DNA of 64,000 bases from Verrucomicrobiota bacterium (GCA_047947115.1 CP170459.1:1472001-1536000); one strand, 5' to 3'; counted from the stretch's first letter, positions 9,138 through 19,469 are shown. Notes: generated from the sequence alone by a model not told the origin. Numbers and translations are program-made.

Positions 9138-12100
9138 TCACTCGAACAATGATTCGATGTCTTCCCAGTTGAGGCTTTCCATGTTTTCGATGTTGCCTGT
9201 TGCCAGCATGGAGTCGAGTTGGGCTTGTTTGCGTTGTTGGAGGTGGAGGATTTTTTCTTCAATGGTGTCCCTCGCAATCAGTTTATAGCTGGTGACGGTC
9301 TGGGTTTGGCCAATGCGATGCGCGCGTGCCGTGGCTTGGGCTTCCACCGCAGGGTTCCACCAGGGATCGAAGTGTATGACGGTATCGGCGCCGGTCAGGT
9401 TCAATCCCGTGCCGCCTGCTTTCAAACTGATGAGAAATACCGGGATGGTTGAGTTCTGAAAGCGCTGCACGACCTGGCCCCGTTTTGCAGTGCTTCCGTC
9501 CAGATAGCAATATTCCACTCCATTTTCTTCCAATCGTTCACGAAGGATCGTCAGCATTTTGACGAATTGACTGAACACCAGCACGCGGTGACCACCGTCA
9601 ATGGCTTCGTCCAGCAATTCGCTGAACAGCTCGAGTTTGGAAGATGGATGCTTCAGCTTGTCCGGATCCAGGTCGAGGAGTCGGGCATCACAGCAGATTT
9701 GTCGCATTCGGAGGATCGCGCTTAACACCATCATGCGTGCCTGGCCCGAGGGTTGCTTTTGTCCTGCGATTTCCAGGAGTTTGGCGCGTCCACCTTCCAT
9801 GATCTGTTGGTAGAGGGTTCGCTGTTCCGGTGTCAGCTCACAGTACGCGACCTGGTCGATCCGGTCGGGGAGATCCGGTCGCACTTCTTTTTTAGTGCGC
9901 CGCAGGAGGAAGGGGCCGACGCGACGTTTCAGTCTCGATAGCACGGGTTGCGCCGACTGTTGGGAGGCCGGGATTTCGTAACGTTCCTTGAAATCTCGGG
10001 CCGATCCCAGATAACCCGGCATCAGGAAATCAAAGATGGACCAAAGATCCAGCACTGAGTTTTCCATTGGGGTACCGGTCAGGACAAGGCGATGATGGGC
10101 TCGGATGGCTTTGACGGATTGTGCGTTCTGCGTGGCGCGGTTTTTGATGTGTTGGGCTTCGTCCAGAATCAATGCCTCAAAGGTCACCTTCTGATAAACA
10201 TCCAGGTCTCGACGTATGAGTGCATAACTGGTGATCACCAGATCATGGTCCGGTATCTGTGAATACCGTTTGGCTCGTTGGGAGCCTTCCAGTGTCAATA
10301 CGCGTAGCTTTGGTGTCCAGCGTTTGGCTTCTTCCGCCCAATTGAAGACAAGGCTGGAGGGACAGATGACAAGGAATGGCGCGTGCTTGTTGTCCCCATC
10401 ATTTATTAATTTCGGTTGTCTTTGCAGTCTCCATTGCATCCATGTCAACACTTGCAGCGTTTTGCCAAGTCCCATTTCATCGGCCAGGATTCCAGCGAAG
10501 CCCCGTTCGAACATCTGGTGCATCCATATCACTCCATGCCATTGGTAGGGGCGTAAGACGTTCGCGAGATCCGGCATGGTTTGGTGGATGGATTTTAGCA
10601 GTTTCTTTTCGGAGTCGGGGCTGGAATCCGGTCTGAAACCTTCTTGTCTCAGGTTCCACCGGTTTTCCTGGATGGTTTGTTCGAGATAAGTTGAATGTGA
10701 TTTGCGGACCCGGTATTCCCCGTGGTGTTGCTGGGGATTGCAATCAACCAGGACTTCATTGAATTCCTGCAATGCTTCGGTATCCAACATCAGGAATTTC
10801 CCGTTGGTGTTTTTGCGATAGGATTTGCCGGATCGGAGAAGGCGCTGAATTTCATCCTGGGGCAGTGCTCCACCTCCTGAAGTGTGGTAGTCGACCTTGA
10901 AATCAAACCAGTCGCCCGAGGACGCATGCACCCGTACTTCGGGTTGGACGGTTTCGATGTTGCGTTGAAAACTCCAGTCCAATCGTTCTTCCAGAATGAC
11001 CTTCCAGTCTTTTTGCAGGCGTTGGTAGGGGCCTGCGATGAAGCTCAGCACGGCATCCTGCCCGGTCAGGCGCCAGCATTCTCCCTTGGCATCCGAGATG
11101 AACCCGGCGCGCTTCAATTCATCCAAAGCTGATTGCTCCGCACCCGGGTTGCGCAGGATGTAGCGCATATGGTCGGACGGATCGGGCGTGCAAAAATCGG
11201 TCGGTGAGGTTTGCAGTGACACGGGGAAGACCTGGTCGCCATATGCGGTTTTCAAACGGGCATCGAGGCGTGCCAAGCCTCCTTCCATGAAAAGCTGAAT
11301 CCGAGGTTCTTCGGAATCTATCTTGAAATCGTTCAGTGAAAAATCCGTGTGAATGCGATCTGAATCGGGAAGCAGATCGAGTTGGTGCAGGATGAATGGA
11401 ACCTGTATTCTGGGAACCGTCATGGGCGACTGAAATGCCGGCATCAAGGCGGAAGGCAGGCCCATCGGTTGAAAATGTTTGTCCACCCAGACATATCCCG
11501 GTCGTCCCATGAACAGACCTTGCGGCATGGATGTTCCGGCGCAGGTGATGGATAAACTTCCATCGTCCCTGAGCTTGATTTCCATGTGAGGGATCCAGAC
11601 TTGATTGGACACTTTGACGTGCTCCGAACGACCAAGAATTAATTGATCCGAACCCTGCAGCAAGTTCAGGAAATCACAGAACGCCGCGGTTTTCATTTGG
11701 ATCATGGGAACCGGTTTCCCATCAGCTTGATCTTCCAACAGTTTCAACAGATGTCGATCCGACTCGGTAAAATGATAGGCCTGGTTGCGTGGAAACGTAT
11801 TTAAGGGTTTGTATGATCCGTCCGTTGAACCTTCCAGCATGACCGCGACGGTTTGTGGCTGCATTTGTCGGGTGCTGTTTGGGGCGAGTATGAAGCGTAG
11901 TGACAGATTTATTTTGGATGTGGGATCGTAATTGAACCATGGGGTCGGCTTTTGTTCTTTTTCCTTTCCAGCGTTCATGGATGGAACCGATTCCTGCCGT
12001 GGGTTTGGTGGAGCTTCCGCACGAATGGCATCCGGATACAGGGTAGCCAGCGCAATGGCGACCGAATGCGCGCACAGGCTGCCGTATTGTCTGGACTCCC

Positions 12101-12314
12101 GGCAGGTGCACAGGTTTTCGATATCGAATTCGGATTCAAACACCAAGCCCGCCTGATATTGCAGCGAACCCGCCTGAATCAATCCACTTGCTCTGGACGC
12201 TTTCCATTCCGCCGCCAGAACCGCTCCCGACTTGAGATATTGGCGGGCAGATTTCATTGCCTCCCAACCCGCCGACTTGGCCAAAAACGGTTCCGTGATC
12301 TGATCTAATCCCAT
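9138..12314 (-). CDS. SWIM zinc finger-SNF2 family helicase/ATPase
   Basis: CTC...LCAH SWIM motif; GILADEMGLGKT, LDEAQHIKN, LTGTPMEN, SLKAGGTGLNL, QATARAHRIGQ. Confidence 0.93.
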   Translation of the reverse strand: MGLDQITEPFLAKSAGWEAMKSARQYLKSGAVLAAEWKASRASGLIQAGSLQYQAGLVFESEFDIENLCTCRESRQYGSLCAHSVAIALATLYPDAIRAEAPPNPRQESVPSMNAGKEKEQKPTPWFNYDPTSKINLSLRFILAPNSTRQMQPQTVAVMLEGSTDGSYKPLNTFPRNQAYHFTESDRHLLKLLEDQADGKPVPMIQMKTAAFCDFLNLLQGSDQLILGRSEHVKVSNQVWIPHMEIKLRDDGSLSITCAGTSMPQGLFMGRPGYVWVDKHFQPMGLPSALMPAFQSPMTVPRIQVPFILHQLDLLPDSDRIHTDFSLNDFKIDSEEPRIQLFMEGGLARLDARLKTAYGDQVFPVSLQTSPTDFCTPDPSDHMRYILRNPGAEQSALDELKRAGFISDAKGECWRLTGQDAVLSFIAGPYQRLQKDWKVILEERLDWSFQRNIETVQPEVRVHASSGDWFDFKVDYHTSGGGALPQDEIQRLLRSGKSYRKNTNGKFLMLDTEALQEFNEVLVDCNPQQHHGEYRVRKSHSTYLEQTIQENRWNLRQEGFRPDSSPDSEKKLLKSIHQTMPDLANVLRPYQWHGVIWMHQMFERGFAGILADEMGLGKTLQVLTWMQWRLQRQPKLINDGDNKHAPFLVICPSSLVFNWAEEAKRWTPKLRVLTLEGSQRAKRYSQIPDHDLVITSYALIRRDLDVYQKVTFEALILDEAQHIKNRATQNAQSVKAIRAHHRLVLTGTPMENSVLDLWSIFDFLMPGYLGSARDFKERYEIPASQQSAQPVLSRLKRRVGPFLLRRTKKEVRPDLPDRIDQVAYCELTPEQRTLYQQIMEGGRAKLLEIAGQKQPSGQARMMVLSAILRMRQICCDARLLDLDPDKLKHPSSKLELFSELLDEAIDGGHRVLVFSQFVKMLTILRERLEENGVEYCYLDGSTAKRGQVVQRFQNSTIPVFLISLKAGGTGLNLTGADTVIHFDPWWNPAVEAQATARAHRIGQTQTVTSYKLIARDTIEEKILHLQQRKQAQLDSMLATGNIENMESLNWEDIESLFE

Positions 12315-12448
12315 GTTTTTCTTGAAATAATTTCCCGTTAACGTGCTTAGCATCTCTGCTCGGACCTTGGTCTGTCAATTCTGCCGTGGTGTGTTGGTTC
12401 CAACCGTTTATTGACAACCGGGTGCTTGCCCTTCAAATTTCTGATCAT

Positions 12449-13252
12449 ATGAAAACCTCCCAGCAAACATTCTCGCTCAGAAGCCGCGTTGTTGGTTTTA
12501 CCCTGATCGAGTTGTTGGTGGTGATTGCCATCATCGCCATTTTGGCCGGCATGTTATTGCCCGCCTTGTCCAAGGCCAAAGCCAAGGCGCAGGCCATCAA
12601 GTGTGTCGGCAACCTGAAACAGATCAGTTTGTCGAATTACATGTATATCAGTGATACCGGCAAACCAGTGCATTATGAATCCTGGCCCTACCTGTGGTTG
12701 GCTCAATTACAGGAAAAGTATGCGGCCATCAAGGATGTGAGATTCTGCCCCACCGCTCCTGAACGGAACGAGGCCGCGTTGCGTAAGGACAGTGACAGTT
12801 TTGGAACGATCAATCGCGCCTGGCTGGTGGATGGCGGCGGCACGAACAAGTGGCAGGGGAGCTATGCCTTGAACGGCTATTTCTATACCAAAAGCCCGTA
12901 TGGCGATGACAAGAACATGTTCAAAGTCGAAACCGATATCCGCAATCCTTCCACCACACCTTATTTTGCGGATTCCGTCTGGGTGGATGCCTGGCCTTTG
13001 GAAACCAGTTTGCCGGCCAGGAATCTTTTTAACGGCGACAAGTTTCAGGGACCTATGGCGCGGTTTTCCATTCCTCGGCATGCATCCGATCGCTCGGCGG
13101 CAGTCACCAACTTTGATCCCAAAAATACCTTGCCGGGTGCCATCAATGCCGCCTTTGCTGACAACCATGTGGAACTGGTTCGATTGGAGAATCTTTGGAA
13201 TCTGACCTGGCATAAGAACTGGAAAGTGCCAGCCGTCAGGCCGGGAAAATGA
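12449..13252 (+). CDS. Prepilin-type N-terminal cleavage/methylation domain protein (H-X9-DG-like C-terminus)
   Basis: [30 protein letters not shown]-terminal RH...[11 protein letters not shown]. Confidence 0.9.
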   Translation: MKTSQQTFSLRSRVVGFTLIELLVVIAIIAILAGMLLPALSKAKAKAQAIKCVGNLKQISLSNYMYISDTGKPVHYESWPYLWLAQLQEKYAAIKDVRFCPTAPERNEAALRKDSDSFGTINRAWLVDGGGTNKWQGSYALNGYFYTKSPYGDDKNMFKVETDIRNPSTTPYFADSVWVDAWPLETSLPARNLFNGDKFQGPMARFSIPRHASDRSAAVTNFDPKNTLPGAINAAFADNHVELVRLENLWNLTWHKNWKVPAVRPGK

Positions 13253-13358
13253 TCTTCACTTGTTTTTGCCCTAATCGGTTGTTATGTTCTGGTTCCGTCG
13301 GGGGCTTGGACCAAACGCCGCCGGTTGAATAAACTCAGGACGAAAAAATAACAATATT

Positions 13359-13976
13359 ATGGCTTACGAATTACCAAATCTGCCTTACGCCGCCGATGCG
13401 CTCGAACCGCACATCGATGCTCAGACCATGGAAATCCATCATGGTAAACATCATAACACCTATATCACCAAGCTGAATGGAGCCTTGGAAGGTCAGGACG
13501 CGCTTGCTTCCAAAGATATTTGGGATCTGGTTGCCAACTTGGATGCCGTTCCGGAAAACATCCGTGGCGCCGTTCGCAACAACGGTGGCGGTCATGCCAA
13601 CCATTCTCTGTTCTGGTCCATCATGGGGCCGAACGGCGGTGGTGAGCCTACCGGAGCCCTCGGCGAAGCCATCACTTCTACTTTCGGAAGCTTCGATGCA
13701 TTTAAAGACCAATTCGAAGCTGCCGGCGCCACCCGTTTTGGCAGTGGCTGGGCCTGGTTGATCGTGAACAAGGCTGGTGCCCTCGAAGTGGTTTCCACCC
13801 CGAATCAGGACAACCCTGTGATGGACGGTTCCGGAAAAATTGTGATCGGCTGTGACGTCTGGGAGCACGCTTATTACCTGCGTTACCAAAACCGCCGCCC
13901 TGATTACCTCAAGGCCTGGTGGAACGTCGTTAACTGGGACGCGGCCAATCAGAACTACGAAGCTGCCAAGGCTTAA
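13359..13976 (+). CDS. sodA: Superoxide dismutase, probably Mn-type
   Basis: [30 protein letters not shown]. Confidence 0.96.
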   Translation: MAYELPNLPYAADALEPHIDAQTMEIHHGKHHNTYITKLNGALEGQDALASKDIWDLVANLDAVPENIRGAVRNNGGGHANHSLFWSIMGPNGGGEPTGALGEAITSTFGSFDAFKDQFEAAGATRFGSGWAWLIVNKAGALEVVSTPNQDNPVMDGSGKIVIGCDVWEHAYYLRYQNRRPDYLKAWWNVVNWDAANQNYEAAKA

Positions 13977-14000
13977 TCATCTGATTCAGACTCTTTTTCT

Positions 14001-14038
14001 AAACGGTTGGAGAATGGAAGTTCTCCAACCGTTTTTTT
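14001..14038 (+). terminator. Rho-independent terminator of sodA
   Basis: 14-bp perfect stem AAACGGTTGGAGAA/TTCTCCAACCGTTT running into a T tract. Confidence 0.9.
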
Positions 14039-14043
14039 AGCAG

Positions 14044-14246
14044 GTAGATCGGACCGTCCCGGTCCGCACCTTGTGGCCTCCCCGCTTAAATAAGCTACCC
14101 CAAGGAACACCCAACCGCCTCCGAACCCCAATACCTTTTTGCACGTTCACCAAGGACGCATGTCATTGAAAACCGCAGGCATCCCAAAGCGGAAGTTGAT
14201 TGGAATTCGTATGCCACAAGGGCGCGCCAGGGACGGAACGCACTGC
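14044..14246. repeat. REPIN-like element, GTAG family, long class (203 bp)
   Basis: Left GTAGATCGGACCGTCCCGGTCCGCACCTTGTGGC; right GCCACAAGGGCGCGCCAGGGACGGAACGCACTGC; near-identical to 19713-19915. Confidence 0.9.
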
Positions 14247-14369
14247 CTGGCAGGTAGCGGGCTGCATCATATTCAATGATTATGCTCGACAGTGGTCGAT
14301 GGTTGAAACTTCATAGGTGTCACGTGCTTGATTGGAACGAATTTCAGTATTCACGCATTCTTAATCGTT

Positions 14370-15689
14370 ATGACGGACAACCTTGCTTCCCTTTACACTC
14401 AGGATTTTCAACAGCTCCATCCCGCCGACATAGCAGATCGCATTCAGCGTTTGCCGTTTGAGCAGGCTGCGGAGATCCTCCGTCAACTGCCTTCGTCTAT
14501 TTCAGGTGAAGTGCTCACCGAATTGGAGGAGGATTTCAGGTCGGAACTTATCGTGTTATTTTCTGAATCTGAACTGGTTCAACTCTTTCGCAAGCTTGAG
14601 CACAACGACGCCACTGATTTGATGGCCGAGCTGGATGACGAAATCCAACAACATGTGCTCCAAGCACTGCCCGATGACGTCTCCATTCCAGTTCATGCCC
14701 TCCTCCAATATGGGGAGGATACCGCTGGTGGGATCATGAGCGACCGGTTCATCACTCTGGACCAGGATGAATCAGTGGAATCCTGCCAGGCCAGCTTGCG
14801 GGGTGATATTCGCTTTCAAACCGAAGACATATCTTACCTTTACGTCGTGGATCCTCAACAACGCCTGATTGGCATTGTCAGTTTCCGCGATCTGGTGTTC
14901 AGCTCGCCCCAGCGCAAAGTATCCGAAATCATGCGGCCGAATGTGGCGGCCGTGCGGGTGACCGATGATCAGGAAGAAATTTCTCGTCAATTTGCACATT
15001 ACCATTACTTGGGACTTCCCGTGTTGGATGATCAGGATCGGGTGGTTGGGGTGGTCAAGGCCAGCGATGTTCTGGAGATTGCCCGTGAAGAAGCTACTGA
15101 AGATATGCAATTGATGGTGGGTCTGTCTGGTGAGGAAAGGGCGTTGACTCCCTGGCGCAAGTCACTTCCCAAACGGCTGCCCTGGTTATTTGTCAACCTG
15201 CTGACCGCTTTTGCTGCGGCGTCGGTGGTTGGATTGTTTGAGTCCACCATTGCCAGCTGGACAGCTCTTGCTGTGTTCCTCCCGGTCGTGGCGGGGCAGG
15301 GGGGCAATGCCGGCATGCAAACACTGACAGTCATTATACGGGACATGGCACTCGGTGAACTCAGCAAGGGTGATGGCTACCGTGCTCTTTGGAAAGAACT
15401 GACCCTTGGTCTTGCAAATGGTCTGTGCATTGGAGTCGTGGTGGGGGTGGCGGGATTTCTTTGGAAAGGAAGCATCATTCTCGGGTTGATCGCCTTCCTG
15501 GCTATGGCGCTCACTCAATTGATGGCCGGGCTGGCCGGGGTTCTGATTCCTTTCACACTCAAATTCTTCAAGATCGACCCAGCTTTGGCCTCCAGTATTT
15601 TTGTCACCACCATCACTGACATTGCGGGTTTTTTCTTCTTTCTTGGTTTTGCATCGATCGCGTTGAAATGGGCCGAATCCATGCCTTAA
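14370..15689 (+). CDS. mgtE: Magnesium transporter MgtE
   Basis: LHPADIAD N-domain, DTAGGIM, CBS pair, RLPWLFVNL, GQGGNAGMQT, IDPALAS...TTITDIAG. Confidence 0.95.
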   Translation: MTDNLASLYTQDFQQLHPADIADRIQRLPFEQAAEILRQLPSSISGEVLTELEEDFRSELIVLFSESELVQLFRKLEHNDATDLMAELDDEIQQHVLQALPDDVSIPVHALLQYGEDTAGGIMSDRFITLDQDESVESCQASLRGDIRFQTEDISYLYVVDPQQRLIGIVSFRDLVFSSPQRKVSEIMRPNVAAVRVTDDQEEISRQFAHYHYLGLPVLDDQDRVVGVVKASDVLEIAREEATEDMQLMVGLSGEERALTPWRKSLPKRLPWLFVNLLTAFAAASVVGLFESTIASWTALAVFLPVVAGQGGNAGMQTLTVIIRDMALGELSKGDGYRALWKELTLGLANGLCIGVVVGVAGFLWKGSIILGLIAFLAMALTQLMAGLAGVLIPFTLKFFKIDPALASSIFVTTITDIAGFFFFLGFASIALKWAESMP

Positions 15690-15826
15690 TATCATTCTTT
15701 TTTAATGATGTTTTTCATAATGAATTAGCAGCTTATGATTGCATTCGCATTACGCCATGAATTAGCCGCATGCTCCAGGGTGAATCAGTATTAATATGCT
15801 TATAGGTAATTGGATTTACCTCGAGC

Positions 15827-15862
15827 AACCAAAATGCGACATAAGTAACCAAAATGCGACAT
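15827..15862. promoter_or_regulatory. Tandem 16-bp direct repeat, candidate transcription-factor operator
   Basis: AACCAAAATGCGACAT at 15827 and 15847 (20-bp period), 35 bp upstream of a TTGACA box. Confidence 0.55.
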
Positions 15863-15897
15863 TTTGGGTAGAATTTTCATTTTTGTCCTCTTAGTCG

Positions 15898-15925
15898 TTG
15901 ACAGATTCAGGTTCTGAACTACAGT
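15898..15925 (+). promoter_or_regulatory. Putative sigma70-type promoter of the candidate sRNA
   Basis: TTGACA-N16-TACAGT. Confidence 0.55.
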
Positions 15926-15931
15926 CAATCC

Positions 15932-16042
15932 GGGTACTTCAATCAAGGATGATTGGTTTAGTTGGTTTAGTTGGTTTAGTTGGTTTCACCGATAGAACGG
16001 GTCGCTTATAGTGCAACGCTTAAAGCGGCCCGTTCGCTTTTT
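15932..16042 (+). ncRNA. Candidate small RNA with (TTGGTTTAG)x3.8 repeats and an intrinsic terminator
   Basis: Promoter upstream; repeats 15953-15986; 13-bp stem GAACGGGTCGCTT/AAGCGGCCCGTTC at 15995-16035 then GCTTTTT; no same-strand gene downstream. Confidence 0.5.
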
Positions 16043-16277
16043 AATGAGAGGGGTTTCCGGGAGGGGTTTTCTGTTTTTGAACTCCAGGATCGGGTTGCTC
16101 AAAACGGATCACCATCATCGTAGGTTCCCTCCGGCGTGAGTGTTTCACCCACTTCCTCAGGTTTCAAGCATTGCCCTCCTGATTTCGTGGGAAGTATTCG
16201 CTTATGCGGATGTCACTTCGAAGCTGTTTTGCTCAGGTGTGTGATGATGGTTTCGGGTGAGTTTTGGCGTGAGGGTG

Positions 16278-17705
16278 TCATTCCCACGTCCTTTCGACGT
16301 TTTCATAAACACCAGTGGGGACCAACTGTTCTTTTCCTGAATTGTTTTGGAAATGAACATGCCCTCTCAGGATCACTCCTTCTTCGAAAGTGAGGGGGCC
16401 GCTGACGGTCAGGGAGTCGCAATCCACCAACGATGGAACCGCCCGGCCGAAGCGTTTGTCAAAGTCCTGAATGGTCTTGTAGTGTGAAGGATCCAGTTTG
16501 ACCAGTGGAGGAATGCCTGCCCGTGTGGCATCCAGAATCAGGCAGTGATTCGCGGTGATGGTATAGGCGTCCGAACGAAGTGCCAACAGATCCGAAGTTG
16601 TTTTGACCGGAGAAAATCTTGTTCGATCAACTTCTATCGCGCAGGTCTGATCGAAGCAGGCGATGGCGGCGCCCATGGCCGATTCCAACTGGAGGACTTT
16701 TTGGGAATTGGGATCCTTTGGATCCACGGTTTTTTTGTTTTGGATCAGTGGCAACTGGAATACGCCTTCTTGCTGATCCAGTGCTTCTTTCAATCTATCG
16801 AGTCGGATCCATAGATTGTTCGTGTTGAAGTAACGGTGTCGATCGATGTCTTGAAATGAAGCGATATCATTCTCAGGGCACTGCGCAGACTCCCGGAGGA
16901 TCAGGTGTCCGTCGGATTTGCGTTGGGCCAGGTGGCCGCCCTTCCTGTCGGAAGTTGTGCGGCGCGCCACTTCCATCATGAAGGCGTTTCCTGACTCGGC
17001 GAAGTGTGCCAGTAATCCTGGGTGAATGGTGGCACCAAGATTGTCTGAATTGGAAACGAAGGCATAGATGATACCCCGCTCCAGCAAGCTTTCCAACAGG
17101 CCTTCGGCCATGAGTGATGTGTAAAGGTCACCATGCCCCGGAGGGCACCACTCCAAATCCGGGTTTGATTCATGAGCCACCGGTTCAAGGGTTTCTGCGT
17201 CCAGCTTGGGCACCATTCCCTGAAGAAAATCCAGTTTCTGATCTCCATTGCTCAGTTCGGGAAATTTCTCAAGATAGTGTAATGTGTCCCGGCGGGTGCT
17301 GAAACTGTTCATCAGGTAAAAGGCCGGCCGGTCCGATTTGGATTTTCCCCTAAGCTCCAGGGCCTGCCGGGCAATGAAATCGAGAAAGGTTTCCTCACCT
17401 TTCACCTGCATGAGAGATTTGGCGCGATCCAGTCCCATGCCGGTTCCGAGTCCCCCATTCAGCTTGATGCAGACCAATTGTTGCAGCCGTTCAGTATCCA
17501 GCTGTGAAGCGTTCTCAAGATCTTCCAGTCGAATCAAATCCCGCGCAGGTACGATCGAGTCTTCGGGAATGAAACCCGAGTTCCCCGTTGCAACTTGTGC
17601 AACGGAAGCAAGGTATGTTTCGATTCGAGAGGTGGCAATGCCGGCTTGCCGCATTTTCAGGGTGATGCTCTCTTGAATGAATTGAATGTCCGGGGTGGTT
17701 TTCAT
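16278..17705 (-). CDS. UTP--glucose-1-phosphate uridylyltransferase, UDPGP (eukaryote-like) family
   Basis: KLNGGLGTGMGL..AKS, LMNSFST, WCPPGHGD, SNSDNLGA, FNTNNLW, QLESAMG, RFSPVKTTSDLL. Confidence 0.93.
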   Translation of the reverse strand: MKTTPDIQFIQESITLKMRQAGIATSRIETYLASVAQVATGNSGFIPEDSIVPARDLIRLEDLENASQLDTERLQQLVCIKLNGGLGTGMGLDRAKSLMQVKGEETFLDFIARQALELRGKSKSDRPAFYLMNSFSTRRDTLHYLEKFPELSNGDQKLDFLQGMVPKLDAETLEPVAHESNPDLEWCPPGHGDLYTSLMAEGLLESLLERGIIYAFVSNSDNLGATIHPGLLAHFAESGNAFMMEVARRTTSDRKGGHLAQRKSDGHLILRESAQCPENDIASFQDIDRHRYFNTNNLWIRLDRLKEALDQQEGVFQLPLIQNKKTVDPKDPNSQKVLQLESAMGAAIACFDQTCAIEVDRTRFSPVKTTSDLLALRSDAYTITANHCLILDATRAGIPPLVKLDPSHYKTIQDFDKRFGRAVPSLVDCDSLTVSGPLTFEEGVILRGHVHFQNNSGKEQLVPTGVYENVERTWE

Positions 17706-17763
17706 ATTGCTTGGCTCTTCGGAATACACTCTGCGGGTACCTTGCCTGATGATGTCGGTTCTC

Positions 17764-18684
17764 TCAAGTTGAAAGCCGGCTGCGCTTGATCCATTTAAGA
17801 TCGGCCAGCCCCAAAAGCACACCGGTCATTACAAACAGCATCGCTCCCCAGAAGGTGGCGGTCACGGTCTCATTCAGAAAAATCCAGCCGCATAAGACCG
17901 TGGTCAACGGGATCAAATTCACGAACAGCATCACCCGGCTGGTTGGCCATTGCTTGAGGGCGTTGGTCCACAGGGCGAATGCAATTACGCCTGCCGCGAT
18001 GATGGAGTAAATCTGTGCGGACCATAGTTTGATCTGCATCGGAATGTCCTGGGTGCATTGGTCGTAAATTGCAAAGGGCAACAGCCAGACGAAAGTTCTT
18101 ACGAAGTTGTGCCCGTTGATCTGGGCACTAGACAGTCGATGCCCGAAGCCTCGGCAAACCCGGCTGTAAACTGTCCAGAGAACGGATGCCAACAATCCCA
18201 GTCCGTTGCCGATCCAGTTGGAGCCTTGGTCAGTCGGAGTGGATTTAAACAGGATGGCAACGCCGCACAAGGTCAGGAAGGCTGCGGCAAAGCGCTTGAT
18301 TAATTCCAGTCGCTCCACCTGTTTGATCTCCCATAACAGTGCCCAGACTGGAGACGTGGCGAACAGCAATCCCATATTGGCTGCCGTGCTGTATCGGAGC
18401 GCCCAGATGAAACTCAGGATGTAGGCGGTAAAAATCAGGCTACCTTTCCACCAGAGGGCTCGGTTCAGATCGGAGCTGACAGGTTGATAAGCTCCAAACC
18501 ATCTGGTGTAGCGGGCCAGCAGGAGCAGCAGTGCGCCCGAAATGAGGAATCGTGTGCAACTGGTCCAGACCGGGGGCCACCGGTCGACCAGATACTTCGT
18601 CGCAACGTTGTTGCCTCCCCACAGGAAAACAGCCACGACCAATCCGGTCACAATGTTGGTGGAATGATTCGATCCCTCTCGCAC
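17764..18684 (-). CDS. EamA/DMT family transporter
   Basis: About 10 hydrophobic helices in two repeats; LWGGN...RF, FLNE. Confidence 0.85.
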   Translation of the reverse strand: MREGSNHSTNIVTGLVVAVFLWGGNNVATKYLVDRWPPVWTSCTRFLISGALLLLLARYTRWFGAYQPVSSDLNRALWWKGSLIFTAYILSFIWALRYSTAANMGLLFATSPVWALLWEIKQVERLELIKRFAAAFLTLCGVAILFKSTPTDQGSNWIGNGLGLLASVLWTVYSRVCRGFGHRLSSAQINGHNFVRTFVWLLPFAIYDQCTQDIPMQIKLWSAQIYSIIAAGVIAFALWTNALKQWPTSRVMLFVNLIPLTTVLCGWIFLNETVTATFWGAMLFVMTGVLLGLADLKWIKRSRLST

Positions 18685-18719
18685 TTCCCGAGTAAGCGTG
18701 AAGAGGGAGCAAGAGACAA

Positions 18720-19469
18720 CTAGAAATAACGTTTCAGATTTCTTGGCGACAGATCCCGGAGATTCAGAAGTGTCAGGAAATCAATCGTCCCGAAGGATTG
18801 GTCGAGGGCGGGAGGCCCGCAAATACGCGCTCCCACCGTCAGATAAGCCCGTAATAATTTCGGGATGTCCGGTCTGATGGTCAATGCTTCCTTGGACACG
18901 CATGCAAATTCAGGATGCGGATAGGTGGAGAGATGGCGGGGGGCGTGAAATCGCTCGCTCAGCATGCGATAAGCCTCCAGCCCTTCTGCCGGATTCTGGG
19001 AAGTCAGTGAGCTGCACCCAATCAGGTGGCACAGGTCATGCACACGCGCGTAGCAGGCAATCCCCTTCCACAGCAGGCTCAGGCTTGACAGGTTTCGGTG
19101 GGATTTGTGCACGCAGGCCCTGCCCAATTCCAACACCTGATGCCGAATCGCTTCATAAGGCGTGAAGTCGAATTCCTGCTCGCTGTAATAGCCCAGGTTT
19201 TGGGCTGCTGTTGTACCGGATTGAAGTCGGTAGGTGCCGATGACCTGTTGGCTTGCCTTATGCCGGACGATCAGGTGATCGCAGACGCTGTCAAAAGGGT
19301 CCGCATCGAGCCCTGTTTCGTAAGCACTTGATAATCCTTCTTTTAATTCCAGATTAAAGACCTCGAAACGAAGCCTCTGAGCCTGTTCCAGATCATCGGT
19401 GGATTGTGCCAGTGTACATGTGTAATGTTCGGCTTCAATCTGTCGAAACCATGGAGTGGAAAGCTTCAT
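18720..19469 (-). CDS. GNAT family N-acyltransferase (OlsB/ornithine-lipid synthase-like)
   Basis: AQRLRFEVF..E, DPFDSVCDHL, GTYRL, ELGRACV, PKLLRAYL..GA.ICGPPA.D..F. Confidence 0.85.
   Translation of the reverse strand: MKLSTPWFRQIEAEHYTCTLAQSTDDLEQAQRLRFEVFNLELKEGLSSAYETGLDADPFDSVCDHLIVRHKASQQVIGTYRLQSGTTAAQNLGYYSEQEFDFTPYEAIRHQVLELGRACVHKSHRNLSSLSLLWKGIACYARVHDLCHLIGCSSLTSQNPAEGLEAYRMLSERFHAPRHLSTYPHPEFACVSKEALTIRPDIPKLLRAYLTVGARICGPPALDQSFGTIDFLTLLNLRDLSPRNLKRYF

Noticed and set aside
7624..12314. RNase H-like protein plus SNF2 helicase as an anti-phage defence system
   Set aside because: The genes are on opposite strands, separated by the DHPS-like gene, in a housekeeping context; SWIM-SNF2 proteins are common standalone genes.
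14247..14369. M-box (Mg2+) riboswitch ahead of mgtE
   Set aside because: The leader is short, mostly REPIN-adjacent, and shows no recognisable M-box structure.
15949..16042. Leu/Val leader-peptide attenuator
   Set aside because: There is no downstream plus-strand gene to regulate (the next gene is convergent); kept only as an sRNA/peptide candidate.
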